DNA from: Clostridia bacterium
GTDB lineage: Bacteria > Bacillota > Clostridia > Oscillospirales > CAG-382
Assembly (NCBI GenBank): GCA_017456765.1
Contig: JAFTIR010000003.1
Coordinates: forward strand, 34,198-98,197
DNA length: 64,000 bases
Direction: 5' to 3'
Below, one piece after another: positions 42,866-52,420 of the stretch (positions are counted from its first letter, which is position 1; every line of letters starts with the position of its first letter). The position numbers and the translations under genes are program-made. The notes under the pieces were generated by a model. It made no database searches. It was given only the letters and a program-made list of their open reading frames with translations, and had not been told where the DNA came from.

Positions 42866-44617
42866 TTATCTGTCAATAAATTCAATCACAGTCTTGTTCT
42901 TGAATACCTTGCCGTATTCCTTACATTCTGCGACTACTGCATAGTCAAGCTTGTTTTCGTCGTTCATAACGGGTGAAAGCTCCTGTGTGAGCTTTTTCTC
43001 ACCTGTAAGTGTCATCATAAAATCATCGGTGAGAAGCTGCATTATGTTATCGTCTTCATACTTAAGATTTGTGAAATTGCCCTTCATCTGCTTTGTCTGA
43101 TTGGGGAAGTGAACATAGCTTTTCTTAAAGAGGAATCTCGACTTGAAGTTGAGTTCGGTTTCACTGGTGGCTTCGTCTTCGATTGTTATTTTGTGGTCGG
43201 TAACAGTGAGTTTTCTTGTCCATTCGTAGCTTCTGCCGTCACTGTGGGAAACGACTGTGTTTATTTCCATTGTGCCCTTTTCAAGGTCGACCCTCTTGAT
43301 TTCGGGTGTAACCTTGCATTCCATTATGTCGTCGAATTCTTCACAGAAAACAACGTTGTGGCTCTTGAAGTGCATAAGGTGATGGTAGAATTCCCATCTG
43401 TCGTAGTTGCATATACCGCCGTCAACAAGGATAGGCTGTCCCTTGTAGAAGGAGATGAGCTGGGGCGCACCTACATGATGGTGAGGACCGGGGTAGACTG
43501 CGGCATCGGAAAAGAGTGTCATATCTGACTTGCGGAATATTGCAAGGTGGCTCTGGGGATAATAGATTTCCTTCTGCAGCCTTTCAAAGTCAAGGTCAAT
43601 AAGGCGGGAGGCATACTCTATATCCTGCATTACATCAAGAGTATAGGAGTCGGAGAGCTGAAGTGTTTTTCCTCTCGGTGTCATGCACTGGTAAAGCCAT
43701 TCGTACTGCTTCTTTACACTCTCGCGAAGCCCCTTTATTTCTGGATAGCCGTTCTTTTCGATAACTAAAAGTGCTTCGAGGTAAAGACGTGCAATAAAGT
43801 GGCTGTAAGAGGGAGAATCTTCGTCGCTTCCGCCGTCGTCATATATTGCGTTTCTTAGGTTCATTTCAACGGTATCAAGACCGATTTTTGTAAGCTCCTC
43901 TACGTTTTCAAATTCAGGGAACATGGAAACTGCAAGCAGAAGCACAACACCAATCTGAAGAACATGGTTCTGCGCATGATTCTTTGCAAGTCTGTCCATA
44001 GCCTCAAGGTAGAGGTGGTTCATGTGAAGCTTCATGAAGTCATAAAGGTATGCCCAATCCTCCTTTGAGAAGGGTGCATCCTCGAGCATAAACAAGCCGT
44101 GAAGAAGCGACATTGTTCTCCATGCAACCTGCATATCACGCCAGGTCATGTCTGTGTGCCAGTAGGGTCTTTCGTCAAATTCCTGGTAGGGGTGAGCCTT
44201 GTCCCATTCCTTTACGATTGTCAGCCACGCATCGGCATACTTTCTGTCACCCGTCTGAAGAAATCTGTGGGCGAGGGGGATTGTAAAATAAAGTCTCTGA
44301 GGCCAAATCTGCCATTCATATTTCTTTCTGAAATCTGTACCCTCGGTAAAAGCAAATGAGCTTTCCCAACCAAATTCACCCTTGAATTTGAAAATTTCAA
44401 AGAGCTTTCCCGAAAGAGTAAGTTCTAAGATTTCGTCACCGTCAGCCGTTCCGAAACGGTCTTTCATAAGGTTGTACGCACCGCCGTCAAGAACAAAATA
44501 GGGGAAAATGGACTGCTTGACAAGCTCTTCTCTGGGATAGGGATAGAAGCCGACATTTTCAACACCGAAAATTTCCTTTGCAAACGGCTTGATATAATCA
44601 TTGCCTGTTTTTTTCAT
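42866..44617 (-). CDS. Heparinase II/III-like (alginate-lyase-superfamily) protein, no signal peptide
   Basis: The N-terminal alpha/alpha toroid part reads QIWPQRLYFTIPLAHRFLQTGDRKYADAWLTIVKEWDKAHPY...HAQNHVLQ...DGGSDEDSPSYSHF. The C-terminal beta-sandwich part reads HHHVGAPQLISFYKGQPILVDGG. Start is set at MKKTGNDY (GGAGGT RBS). Confidence 0.72.
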   Translation of the reverse strand: MKKTGNDYIKPFAKEIFGVENVGFYPYPREELVKQSIFPYFVLDGGAYNLMKDRFGTADGDEILELTLSGKLFEIFKFKGEFGWESSFAFTEGTDFRKKYEWQIWPQRLYFTIPLAHRFLQTGDRKYADAWLTIVKEWDKAHPYQEFDERPYWHTDMTWRDMQVAWRTMSLLHGLFMLEDAPFSKEDWAYLYDFMKLHMNHLYLEAMDRLAKNHAQNHVLQIGVVLLLAVSMFPEFENVEELTKIGLDTVEMNLRNAIYDDGGSDEDSPSYSHFIARLYLEALLVIEKNGYPEIKGLRESVKKQYEWLYQCMTPRGKTLQLSDSYTLDVMQDIEYASRLIDLDFERLQKEIYYPQSHLAIFRKSDMTLFSDAAVYPGPHHHVGAPQLISFYKGQPILVDGGICNYDRWEFYHHLMHFKSHNVVFCEEFDDIMECKVTPEIKRVDLEKGTMEINTVVSHSDGRSYEWTRKLTVTDHKITIEDEATSETELNFKSRFLFKKSYVHFPNQTKQMKGNFTNLKYEDDNIMQLLTDDFMMTLTGEKKLTQELSPVMNDENKLDYAVVAECKEYGKVFKNKTVIEFIDR

Positions 44618-44766
44618 TTTCTTTACCTCCGAAAACATATTCGTATAATACACATTTATTTTGCCACACCCGAAAAGTAAAGTCAATATAAAAAGCCAAA
44701 AAAAAGAAAATAATACACCTCGAAGAAAAAAGGCGTCGCCTTTTGGCAACGCCCTTAAAGTATTGT

Positions 44767-47700
44767 TTAAATCACATATTCAACTGCATCAAATAGGGGA
44801 GCGAGAGATGAGCTCTCGTATGCCGAAACAACAAGGGTGTTTGCATTATCCATGCCGTCATAGCTTACCTTGAACCTTGTCATTGACGTTGTATCGTTAA
44901 ACGGGATTCTCTCAAGCTTTATAAGCTGATTTCTCTGATTGTAAATGCCAATCATTACAGTGTAGCTCTTTTCGTTTGACATTACCTGAAGTGTTATGTC
45001 AAGAGTTCCGTCTTTCAAGTCTGTTCCGACAAGTTTCAGCATAGGTTTGTCAAAAATCATGCATTTGAGAACGGGATAGTCAAAATCGCTTATAAATGTC
45101 CATACGTTTTCAAAGTCAAAGCCTCGGGATTCGGAAAGATAGGTGATACTCTTGAGGTTGGAAAGCTCTGTCGAAGAACCGCTTGTATCAACTGTTGCTT
45201 CCTTCTTTGTATTGAGTGCCGTTGCCTCGATTATCACACCTGCTCCTCTCGGAGAGAACGCATTCTCAACTCCTGCATGGGTGTTGCACTCGCCGGTAAT
45301 TCGTCCGGCACGTGCGTTGTATGCACTTGAGAGAGAATATACGCTGGTAATTGCGAAAGAGTCACTAATCATTATATCAACGTCGCCTGACATGAGGTCT
45401 GCACTGCTGTCATCATCATCACCGGGTTCGGATGAAGTTGAGCCTCCGGGGGAAGGAGTGTAGGCACTTCCGTAGGAGTAGAGGTAACCCACAAGACCGC
45501 CTGCACGGGATGAATGGTAGGAGGTGGAATTTATAGTGCCGATGCTATAGCAATGAACAATCTGTGACAACGAGCTGTAGCCTGTGTAAAGCTGTCCGAC
45601 AATTCCTCCGACATAGCTGTATCCGGTCGAGTTGACAACTGTAATGTCGTTTACAGCGAATGAATCAATAATGTTGGTTTCTCCGATAATGTCTGTATGA
45701 GCATATCCGGCAATGTTTCCTGCGTAAACGCGGTCAATTTTCCCGTTGATATTTATTGTACCCTGCGAAACGCTTATACCGGAAACTGTGCTTGCACCTC
45801 TGCTTGCAGTGATATAACCTGCAAGAGCTCCGACGTATATGGTGTCATCTTCTGCCGTAGATGAGGGAGCAAGGTCAATAACGAAGTTTGTTACGGCAAG
45901 ATTTTTGATTGTTGCATTTGAAACATATCCGAAAAGACCGGTGTACTTGCTTTGGGCAAGCTTGAAGTTTGCTACGGTGTAGCCCTTGCCGTCAAAATGA
46001 CCGTTAAAGGGCGTTTCTTCCGATTCACCGACGGGAACCCAGTAGTTGCTACCGAGATGGATATTTGCACCGAGAGCATAGTAAGCATCTGTATAGCCCT
46101 CTTTCTGTTCGTTGATAACCTTTGCAAAAAGGGCAAATTCTTCACCCGAACTTATGACATACGGAAGTGTTTCTGTACCGAAGCCCGAACTGAAGCTGTC
46201 GGCAACTCCGCCTACCCATGCTGTTTTGTCTGTTGCTTCAAAAACGGCATAGAATGTCATGTTGCCAACCACTGTGCAGTCGGTAAAATCATATTTTTCT
46301 CCGTTCTCGGTATCCGACCAGTACATGAATGTGTAATAATACCTTTCCGTATCCGGCTTATGAGGAATTTCGGAAGGGGCTGTAACTGCAGAGTTATAAG
46401 CAATCTGCTGTTCGACAAAAGCACTGTCGCCATTCATAAATGTTATTGTATACGGACGGGGAGAGGATGAAAATACTGCATAGAAGGTAGTATTTTCGGA
46501 AAGTGCGGTATTTTCAAAATCAAAGGGAAGACCGTTCTGTGTCAGTGACCAGTGGCTGAAGGAAAACTGCTTGTCAATGGTTGAAGATTTTTTTGGTGTA
46601 TCTTCGGGAGCTGTTATCGTGCTGTTATTGCCAAATACGATTACTTCAAAGGAAGTATCCTCCGAAACAAAGTTTGCATAGCCCGCTTTTTCCATGAGTG
46701 TGGGATAGAAATACTCTGCCTCGCTATCCATTTCCCAGATATTCTCCATGTCAAAGCCGACATATTTTTCGGGAAGCCTTGAATCCTCATGTGAGAGAGC
46801 ATACAGTCCCGTATAGTCACCTTCCAGTATGTCCGAACCCACAACATTTTGCGCCTCGAATCTGTAACAGTTTTCAAATATGATTTCTGCCGAAGAGTAG
46901 CCTGTAAAGCCACCTACAAAGGAGTAATCCTTGGGTGTTGTTTCTGTATGTGTAAGCTCGGCAACGTCACCCGATGCATAGCAGTTTATGATTGTCTGAC
47001 CGTAGCTCTGCGAGTAATAGGGGAAGAAAATCTGACCGACAAATCCGCCCGCTGAGGGGTCTTGATTGCAACCTGAACCTGCCTGAATAAATCTTCCGTT
47101 TACATCGGAGGATGAATAACAGTCCTTGAGAATGAGATTTTTAGTGGCATAAAGCTGTGCCGCAAAGCCGCCAGCTACATAGTTGTAGAAATCGGACTCT
47201 GCAACTGTTGTGCCTTGTGAATAGCAGGAGCTAATCAGTATTGTTCCGCCCGTGCTTGCATCGTAGGTTTTAACGTTACCGAAGGCACCGCCACACAAAG
47301 GACGTGCTACTATGGTAGAAGTGGCATCTGTGCGTATATTGCCGTTTGAACTGCTGTTGATTACAGTTATTTTTGTGTTTGTGTCGGCACTAAGATACCC
47401 GACAATACCGCCTGCTGTGACTACATGAATGTCATCCTCGGGCTGATTCTTTGCACCGGTTGAAACATTTATATCACATTCAACATTTGAGAAAGCAATC
47501 AATATGCTTGCACCTGTGAAATCGCCCGAAATAACAGAGCCGGAAATGCCGCCTGCATAGATTGTGCCGTTGTTGCTCAGTGAAACTGAAGATCCGGTAA
47601 CATTACAATTTGTAACGCTTGCATATTCTCCCGGCGCAGTTAATACGATACGTCCTGCAAGAGCACCCACATATGTTTTCTGGGTACGTGTTGAGCTTAC

Positions 47701-48309
47701 ATTTATCTGCGCGTTGTCAATATTCAGATTTTTGATAGTGCCGTTTGCAACAAGACCGAAAAATCCGACATAAACGGTGTCATCATTTGTAATTTTAAAG
47801 TTTGAAACCGTGTGACCGTCACCGTCAAACACACCGCAGAAAGATATGTTGTATGTGCTTGTTTCGTTATAGCGTCCGATAGGAATCCATTCTGCGCCGC
47901 CAAGGTCAATATCGCTTGTGAGCTTGTAGTGGGCGCGTGAGCCTAAACCGGAGTTTACGTTGTTTGCCATAAACTTTAGTTGCTCGGCTGTTCCGATAAG
48001 ATACGGAGATTCCTCAGTACCTGCGCCTGAAAGCTCTGTCATAAGAACAGCGCCCTCCCAAAAAGGCTGTGTACCGAAGTCTGTGTTGCTCTCTGTTACA
48101 GAGTCTGATGTCAGAACAGGACTCGGACCTGATAAAACTACAGTGTCATTTTCATATACAGCTTCTTTGTTTTCTTCATTGTCCGGGATATATTGCTCCA
48201 ACACCGAATCTGTGGTTTCCACAACAGAGGGTGCGGAATATATGCCGAGGCTTATTGCACAGGCAATGAGTGAAGCTGATGTGATTATGCTGAGTATTCT
48301 TTTATTCAT
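44767..48309 (-). CDS. Large secreted GLUG-repeat protein with two Listeria/Bacteroides-type (Flg_new) repeats
   Basis: Has a signal peptide (MNKRILSIITSASLIACAISLGIYSAP) and many GLUG-like units (YVGALAG, YAGGISG, TAGGIVG, VAGGFAA, SAGGFVG, FVGGFTG, YVGGIVG). Two Flg_new-like repeats are present (FSFSHWSL...TTFYAVF and YTFMYWSD...MTFYAVF). Confidence 0.7.
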   Translation of the reverse strand: MNKRILSIITSASLIACAISLGIYSAPSVVETTDSVLEQYIPDNEENKEAVYENDTVVLSGPSPVLTSDSVTESNTDFGTQPFWEGAVLMTELSGAGTEESPYLIGTAEQLKFMANNVNSGLGSRAHYKLTSDIDLGGAEWIPIGRYNETSTYNISFCGVFDGDGHTVSNFKITNDDTVYVGFFGLVANGTIKNLNIDNAQINVSSTRTQKTYVGALAGRIVLTAPGEYASVTNCNVTGSSVSLSNNGTIYAGGISGSVISGDFTGASILIAFSNVECDINVSTGAKNQPEDDIHVVTAGGIVGYLSADTNTKITVINSSSNGNIRTDATSTIVARPLCGGAFGNVKTYDASTGGTILISSCYSQGTTVAESDFYNYVAGGFAAQLYATKNLILKDCYSSSDVNGRFIQAGSGCNQDPSAGGFVGQIFFPYYSQSYGQTIINCYASGDVAELTHTETTPKDYSFVGGFTGYSSAEIIFENCYRFEAQNVVGSDILEGDYTGLYALSHEDSRLPEKYVGFDMENIWEMDSEAEYFYPTLMEKAGYANFVSEDTSFEVIVFGNNSTITAPEDTPKKSSTIDKQFSFSHWSLTQNGLPFDFENTALSENTTFYAVFSSSPRPYTITFMNGDSAFVEQQIAYNSAVTAPSEIPHKPDTERYYYTFMYWSDTENGEKYDFTDCTVVGNMTFYAVFEATDKTAWVGGVADSFSSGFGTETLPYVISSGEEFALFAKVINEQKEGYTDAYYALGANIHLGSNYWVPVGESEETPFNGHFDGKGYTVANFKLAQSKYTGLFGYVSNATIKNLAVTNFVIDLAPSSTAEDDTIYVGALAGYITASRGASTVSGISVSQGTININGKIDRVYAGNIAGYAHTDIIGETNIIDSFAVNDITVVNSTGYSYVGGIVGQLYTGYSSLSQIVHCYSIGTINSTSYHSSRAGGLVGYLYSYGSAYTPSPGGSTSSEPGDDDDSSADLMSGDVDIMISDSFAITSVYSLSSAYNARAGRITGECNTHAGVENAFSPRGAGVIIEATALNTKKEATVDTSGSSTELSNLKSITYLSESRGFDFENVWTFISDFDYPVLKCMIFDKPMLKLVGTDLKDGTLDITLQVMSNEKSYTVMIGIYNQRNQLIKLERIPFNDTTSMTRFKVSYDGMDNANTLVVSAYESSSLAPLFDAVEYVI

Positions 48310-48358
48310 CTTATGTAAGTGTACCCTGACGGGAACACTCCTCCTTTGCGCGAAATGG

Positions 48359-50407
48359 TCAGTTTCCGTCTACGATGTCGATAATACCCTGAAGAACAGC
48401 TCTTTGAGTATCGGAAATGGTTGTGGAATTTATAAGGGATTTTGCGTTTTCGTACATGCTTGTACTTACCGGCTCGCCGTAAACGGTAAATGCTTTGCCG
48501 TTTACCGTTATTTTTGTGTAATTCTTTGATGTTACAACGGTTGTATAGTTATCTTGGGGAACATTCTTAAGAACACCGGTAAATACGCAATTGTTGTCAT
48601 TTGAACTGTCAAAAACAAGGTCAACATCGTCTTTCTTGCTGTAGGCAACACCTGTTACATAGTTGCGGAAATCAAAGTTGAGCTGCGAGCCTGTTTTGTC
48701 AATAAGTGACTGAACACCGACTATAAAACCGTATTCGTCAATGACAAAAGCATCTTCCTCGTTCTTGGCATTTGTAGATATGCCGGATGTGAAACGGATG
48801 CCGAGGGGGTCCTTGGCTCTGATTGTCGCCTCAGCGCTGTTACCCATATACGAGGAAAGACCGGAAAGCTCGGTGTATGTAAGGGTCTGGGAGTTTACAT
48901 AGTAGTATTTGGTGCTTACAGCATAGATGGAATCTGCACTCTGCTTTTCAACGATTTCTATAAGCATATCTTCAAGGGGGATGATTTTAAGGTAGTTATC
49001 CGAACGTTCGGGGAGAGCATACTGGAAACCGCCAAATTCGTAGTATCTTATATTGTCTTCTGATGCTTTTTCGCCAAGGTATATGTCAACACTCTGCGAC
49101 GCAGTTTTTTCCGATTCAACACATAAGAGATATGGGTAACCGTTATTCAAGGACTCTGAGATTCCCCATACGCCTTCAAAATCAAAGCCGAGCGAGGATG
49201 AAAGATAATTGCTGCTCTTTAAATCTGAATCTGAAACCGCTGTGCCTGTTGTATCTATCTGAGCCTTTTTGTTTGTGTTGTCTGTTATTGCTTCGAGTGT
49301 AACATCTGCATCGCCGGGATAGAATATATTGTTAACATCTGCATGGGTGTTACATTCACCAACTACTCTGCCGGCTTTTGCATTATATCTTGTTGAGTGG
49401 GAGTAAACACTCATGACAGCAAAAGAGTTGCGAATCATAATGTCAACGTCGGATGCCAAGAGTCCTGCAGTACTCGGGGGAGCGTAGGCACTTCCGTAGG
49501 AGTAGAGATAACCGACAAGGCCGCCTGCTCTTGAGGAGTGATAGCAATCGGAATCAATTGTTCCGACACTGTAGCAACGAATAATCTGTGACAGAGAACC
49601 GGAGCCTGTGTAAAGCTCTCCTGCAATACCGCCGAGGTAGTTGTAGCCTGTGGAGTTTGCCGCGGTAATGTTGCCCGATGTGTAGCAGTCGGAAATGCTT
49701 ACTTTACCGGCAAGGAAGGAATAGGCATATCCTACAATGTTTCCTGCATACAAATTTTCTGCTTTTCCGTTTATGTTGATTGTTCCGTTTTCAACAAAAA
49801 CATTTGAAACATTGCTTTCTCCCTTGGTCGAATAGATGTAGCCTGCAACACCGCCTGCGTATACGGCGCTGTCGCTTGCCGTATATGAGGGGGAAACGTC
49901 AATTACAAAGTCGGAAACACGAAGATTTTTGATTGTTCCGTTGCAGACATATCCGAAAAGACCCATGTAATTGTCCAGCGCAATTTTATAGTTGCTTACG
50001 GAGTATCCTCTGCCATCGAAGTTTCCGCTGAAAGGAGTTTTGTCGGATTTTCCTATGGGAACAAGGAACGCTCCGCCAAGGTCAATATCTGCATCAAGTG
50101 CATAATAAGCGTTGACAAAACCGTCCTTCTGTTCATTTATAACCTTTGCAAAAAGTGCAAGCTCGCGGCTTGTCTTGATAATGTAGGGGAAATCTTCTGT
50201 ACCGAGACCCGAGCTGAAATCCGCCGCAACAGATAACTCTGTCTGTAATGCGGTATTTGTAAGGTTGTAATCCTTTTCGACTGTGGAGGTGCTTTCAAGA
50301 GCCGAATCTGTGTTTTCAACAACTGACGGAGCGGCAAGAATACCTAAGTTGCAAACAGTTGCCATAATTAAAAGGAAAGTAACAAATCCGAGTAATCTTT
50401 TGTTCAT
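48359..50407 (-). CDS. Secreted GLUG-repeat protein, paralog of the C-terminal half of the upstream gene
   Basis: The signal peptide is MNKRLLGFVTFLLIMATVCNLGILAAP. Roughly residues 70-330 are collinear with about 700-960 of the 1,180-aa neighbour (for example LFAKVINEQK, TIKNL, HSSRAGGLVGYLYSYGSAY). The C-terminal 250 aa are unrelated. Confidence 0.7.
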   Translation of the reverse strand: MNKRLLGFVTFLLIMATVCNLGILAAPSVVENTDSALESTSTVEKDYNLTNTALQTELSVAADFSSGLGTEDFPYIIKTSRELALFAKVINEQKDGFVNAYYALDADIDLGGAFLVPIGKSDKTPFSGNFDGRGYSVSNYKIALDNYMGLFGYVCNGTIKNLRVSDFVIDVSPSYTASDSAVYAGGVAGYIYSTKGESNVSNVFVENGTININGKAENLYAGNIVGYAYSFLAGKVSISDCYTSGNITAANSTGYNYLGGIAGELYTGSGSLSQIIRCYSVGTIDSDCYHSSRAGGLVGYLYSYGSAYAPPSTAGLLASDVDIMIRNSFAVMSVYSHSTRYNAKAGRVVGECNTHADVNNIFYPGDADVTLEAITDNTNKKAQIDTTGTAVSDSDLKSSNYLSSSLGFDFEGVWGISESLNNGYPYLLCVESEKTASQSVDIYLGEKASEDNIRYYEFGGFQYALPERSDNYLKIIPLEDMLIEIVEKQSADSIYAVSTKYYYVNSQTLTYTELSGLSSYMGNSAEATIRAKDPLGIRFTSGISTNAKNEEDAFVIDEYGFIVGVQSLIDKTGSQLNFDFRNYVTGVAYSKKDDVDLVFDSSNDNNCVFTGVLKNVPQDNYTTVVTSKNYTKITVNGKAFTVYGEPVSTSMYENAKSLINSTTISDTQRAVLQGIIDIVDGN

Positions 50408-50592
50408 TTTGTGTAAGTGTCCCCCAAAAAGGGCACACATCCCCCTTTACATAAATATACATATACATTGTAACATGAAACAGAGTAATTGTCAATCATG
50501 CCGAAAAATATTTAATTTTTCTTTACATAGAGGGATAATCTTGACAAACAAAGCAGAAAAAAGTAAATAAAGAGTGAAAATTATGAAATTAG

Positions 50593-50621
50593 TTTACAAT
50601 TGTGAAAATTTGTGTTATAAT
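50593..50621 (+). promoter_or_regulatory. Sigma-A promoter for iorAB
   Basis: TTTACA (50593..50598), 17 nt, extended -10 TGtTATAAT (TATAAT 50616..50621). Confidence 0.5.
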
Positions 50622-50673
50622 TACCGCGTACGCATTTTTGCTGATTTTATAAATCAATAAAGGAATGAAACAA

Positions 50674-52407
50674 ATGAAAAAACTTATGATTGGTAACGAA
50701 GCAGTTGCCAGAGGTCTGTATGAAGCAGACTGTAAATTTATTTCAAGCTACCCGGGTACTCCTTCCACCGAGATTACCGAGTTTGCCGCAGAGTACGATG
50801 AACTCTATGCCGAATGGGCACCCAACGAAAAGGTTGCCATGGAAGGAGCGCTCGGTGCTTCGATTTCAGGCGCACGTTCTTTCTGTGCAATGAAGCACGT
50901 TGGTCTTAACGTTGCGGGCGACCCTCTCTTTATCGGCGCATATGTCGGCGCTGAGGGAGGAATGGTAATTGCGGTTGCGGATGACCCCGGAATGCACTCC
51001 TCTCAGAACGAGCAGGATTCACGCCACTATGCCATGGCGGCAAAGCTTCCTATGTTTGAGCCGTCGGATTCTACCGATTGCCTTGTGTTTACAAGAGAGG
51101 CATTCGCTCTTTCCGAAAAGTTTGATACACCCTTTATCATAAGAACCTCAACAAGAGTTGCTCACTCCCAGAGCATAGTTGAGCTTGGTGAAAGAAAAGA
51201 GAGCACAATAAAGCCCTATGAAAAGAACATTGCAAAGCATGTAATGGCTCCTGCAAATGCAATAAAGAGACACGTTGTTGTTGAGGAAAGACTTCGTGAA
51301 ATCTCAGAATGGGCAAACACCTGCCCCTTTAACAGAGCAGAATACAACGATACAAAAATCGGTATCATCTGTGCAGGCTCTACATACGTTTATTCAAGAG
51401 AAGTTTTCGGAGAGAACGCTTCCTACTTAAAGCTCGGACTTGTAAATCCTCTTCCCGAAAAGCTCATTCGTGAATTTGCGTCAAAGGTTGAAAAGGTAAT
51501 TGTTGTCGAGGAGCTTGACCCCGTTATCGAAACACAGGTGAAGGCAATGGGTATCGAGTGCGACGGTAAGAATAAATTGCCTATTCTCGGAGAATTTTCT
51601 CAGGAAGTCGTAAAGAAGTGCCTCCTTTCAGAAGAAAATGACTTTTCCAAAATTGAAGATGAAATCCCCGGACGTCCCCCTGTACTTTGCCCCGGCTGTC
51701 CTCACAGAGGTTTGTTTTTTGTTCTCAAAAAGCTCGGAGTTACTGTCAGCGGCGACATCGGATGTTATACTCTCGGCTCTGCCGCACCCCTCAGTGCAGT
51801 TGACACCACACTCTGTATGGGTGCATCCATTGCAGGACTTCACGGCATGAATAAGTCGGGCGGCATTGACCCTAAAAAGTCAGTTGCAGTTATCGGCGAC
51901 TCAACATTCTGCCACTCGGGGCTTACAGGCATCATGAACATGGTATACAATAAGGCACATTCAACCGTTATCATCTGTGATAACAGCATCACGGGTATGA
52001 CAGGTCATCAGCAGAATCCCGCAACGGGCATGACTTTAAAGAATGAGCCTACACATAAGATGTGCATTGAGGGTGTTGTAGAAGCACTCGGAGTTGGGGA
52101 TATAAAGATTGTTGACCCCAACGAAATAAAAGAGCTTGAAGCGGCAATCAAGGATTCACTCTCAAAAGACGAAGTGTCGGTTATTATCACACGCCGTCCC
52201 TGCGTGCTTCTCAAGTCCGTAAAGAAGGATACATATTATACAGTTAACAGTGACAAATGTAAGTCCTGCAAGGCTTGTATGAAGATTGGCTGTCCTGCAA
52301 TTAGCTTCAAGGACAAAAAGGCTGTAATTGACACAACCCTTTGCACAGGCTGTGACCTTTGCTCTAAGATGTGTGCATTCGGTGCTATTGAAGAGAACAA
52401 GAGATAA
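50674..52407 (+). CDS. iorA: Indolepyruvate ferredoxin oxidoreductase, alpha subunit
   Basis: Has TPP-binding and pyrimidine-binding regions (GNEAVARGLYEA, ISSYPGTPSTEI, IGDSTFCHSG). Two C-terminal 4Fe-4S motifs are present (CKSCKAC..CP and CTGCDLC..C). Confidence 0.9.
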   Translation: MKKLMIGNEAVARGLYEADCKFISSYPGTPSTEITEFAAEYDELYAEWAPNEKVAMEGALGASISGARSFCAMKHVGLNVAGDPLFIGAYVGAEGGMVIAVADDPGMHSSQNEQDSRHYAMAAKLPMFEPSDSTDCLVFTREAFALSEKFDTPFIIRTSTRVAHSQSIVELGERKESTIKPYEKNIAKHVMAPANAIKRHVVVEERLREISEWANTCPFNRAEYNDTKIGIICAGSTYVYSREVFGENASYLKLGLVNPLPEKLIREFASKVEKVIVVEELDPVIETQVKAMGIECDGKNKLPILGEFSQEVVKKCLLSEENDFSKIEDEIPGRPPVLCPGCPHRGLFFVLKKLGVTVSGDIGCYTLGSAAPLSAVDTTLCMGASIAGLHGMNKSGGIDPKKSVAVIGDSTFCHSGLTGIMNMVYNKAHSTVIICDNSITGMTGHQQNPATGMTLKNEPTHKMCIEGVVEALGVGDIKIVDPNEIKELEAAIKDSLSKDEVSVIITRRPCVLLKSVKKDTYYTVNSDKCKSCKACMKIGCPAISFKDKKAVIDTTLCTGCDLCSKMCAFGAIEENKR

Positions 52408-52420
52408 GGAGGAAAAGAAA

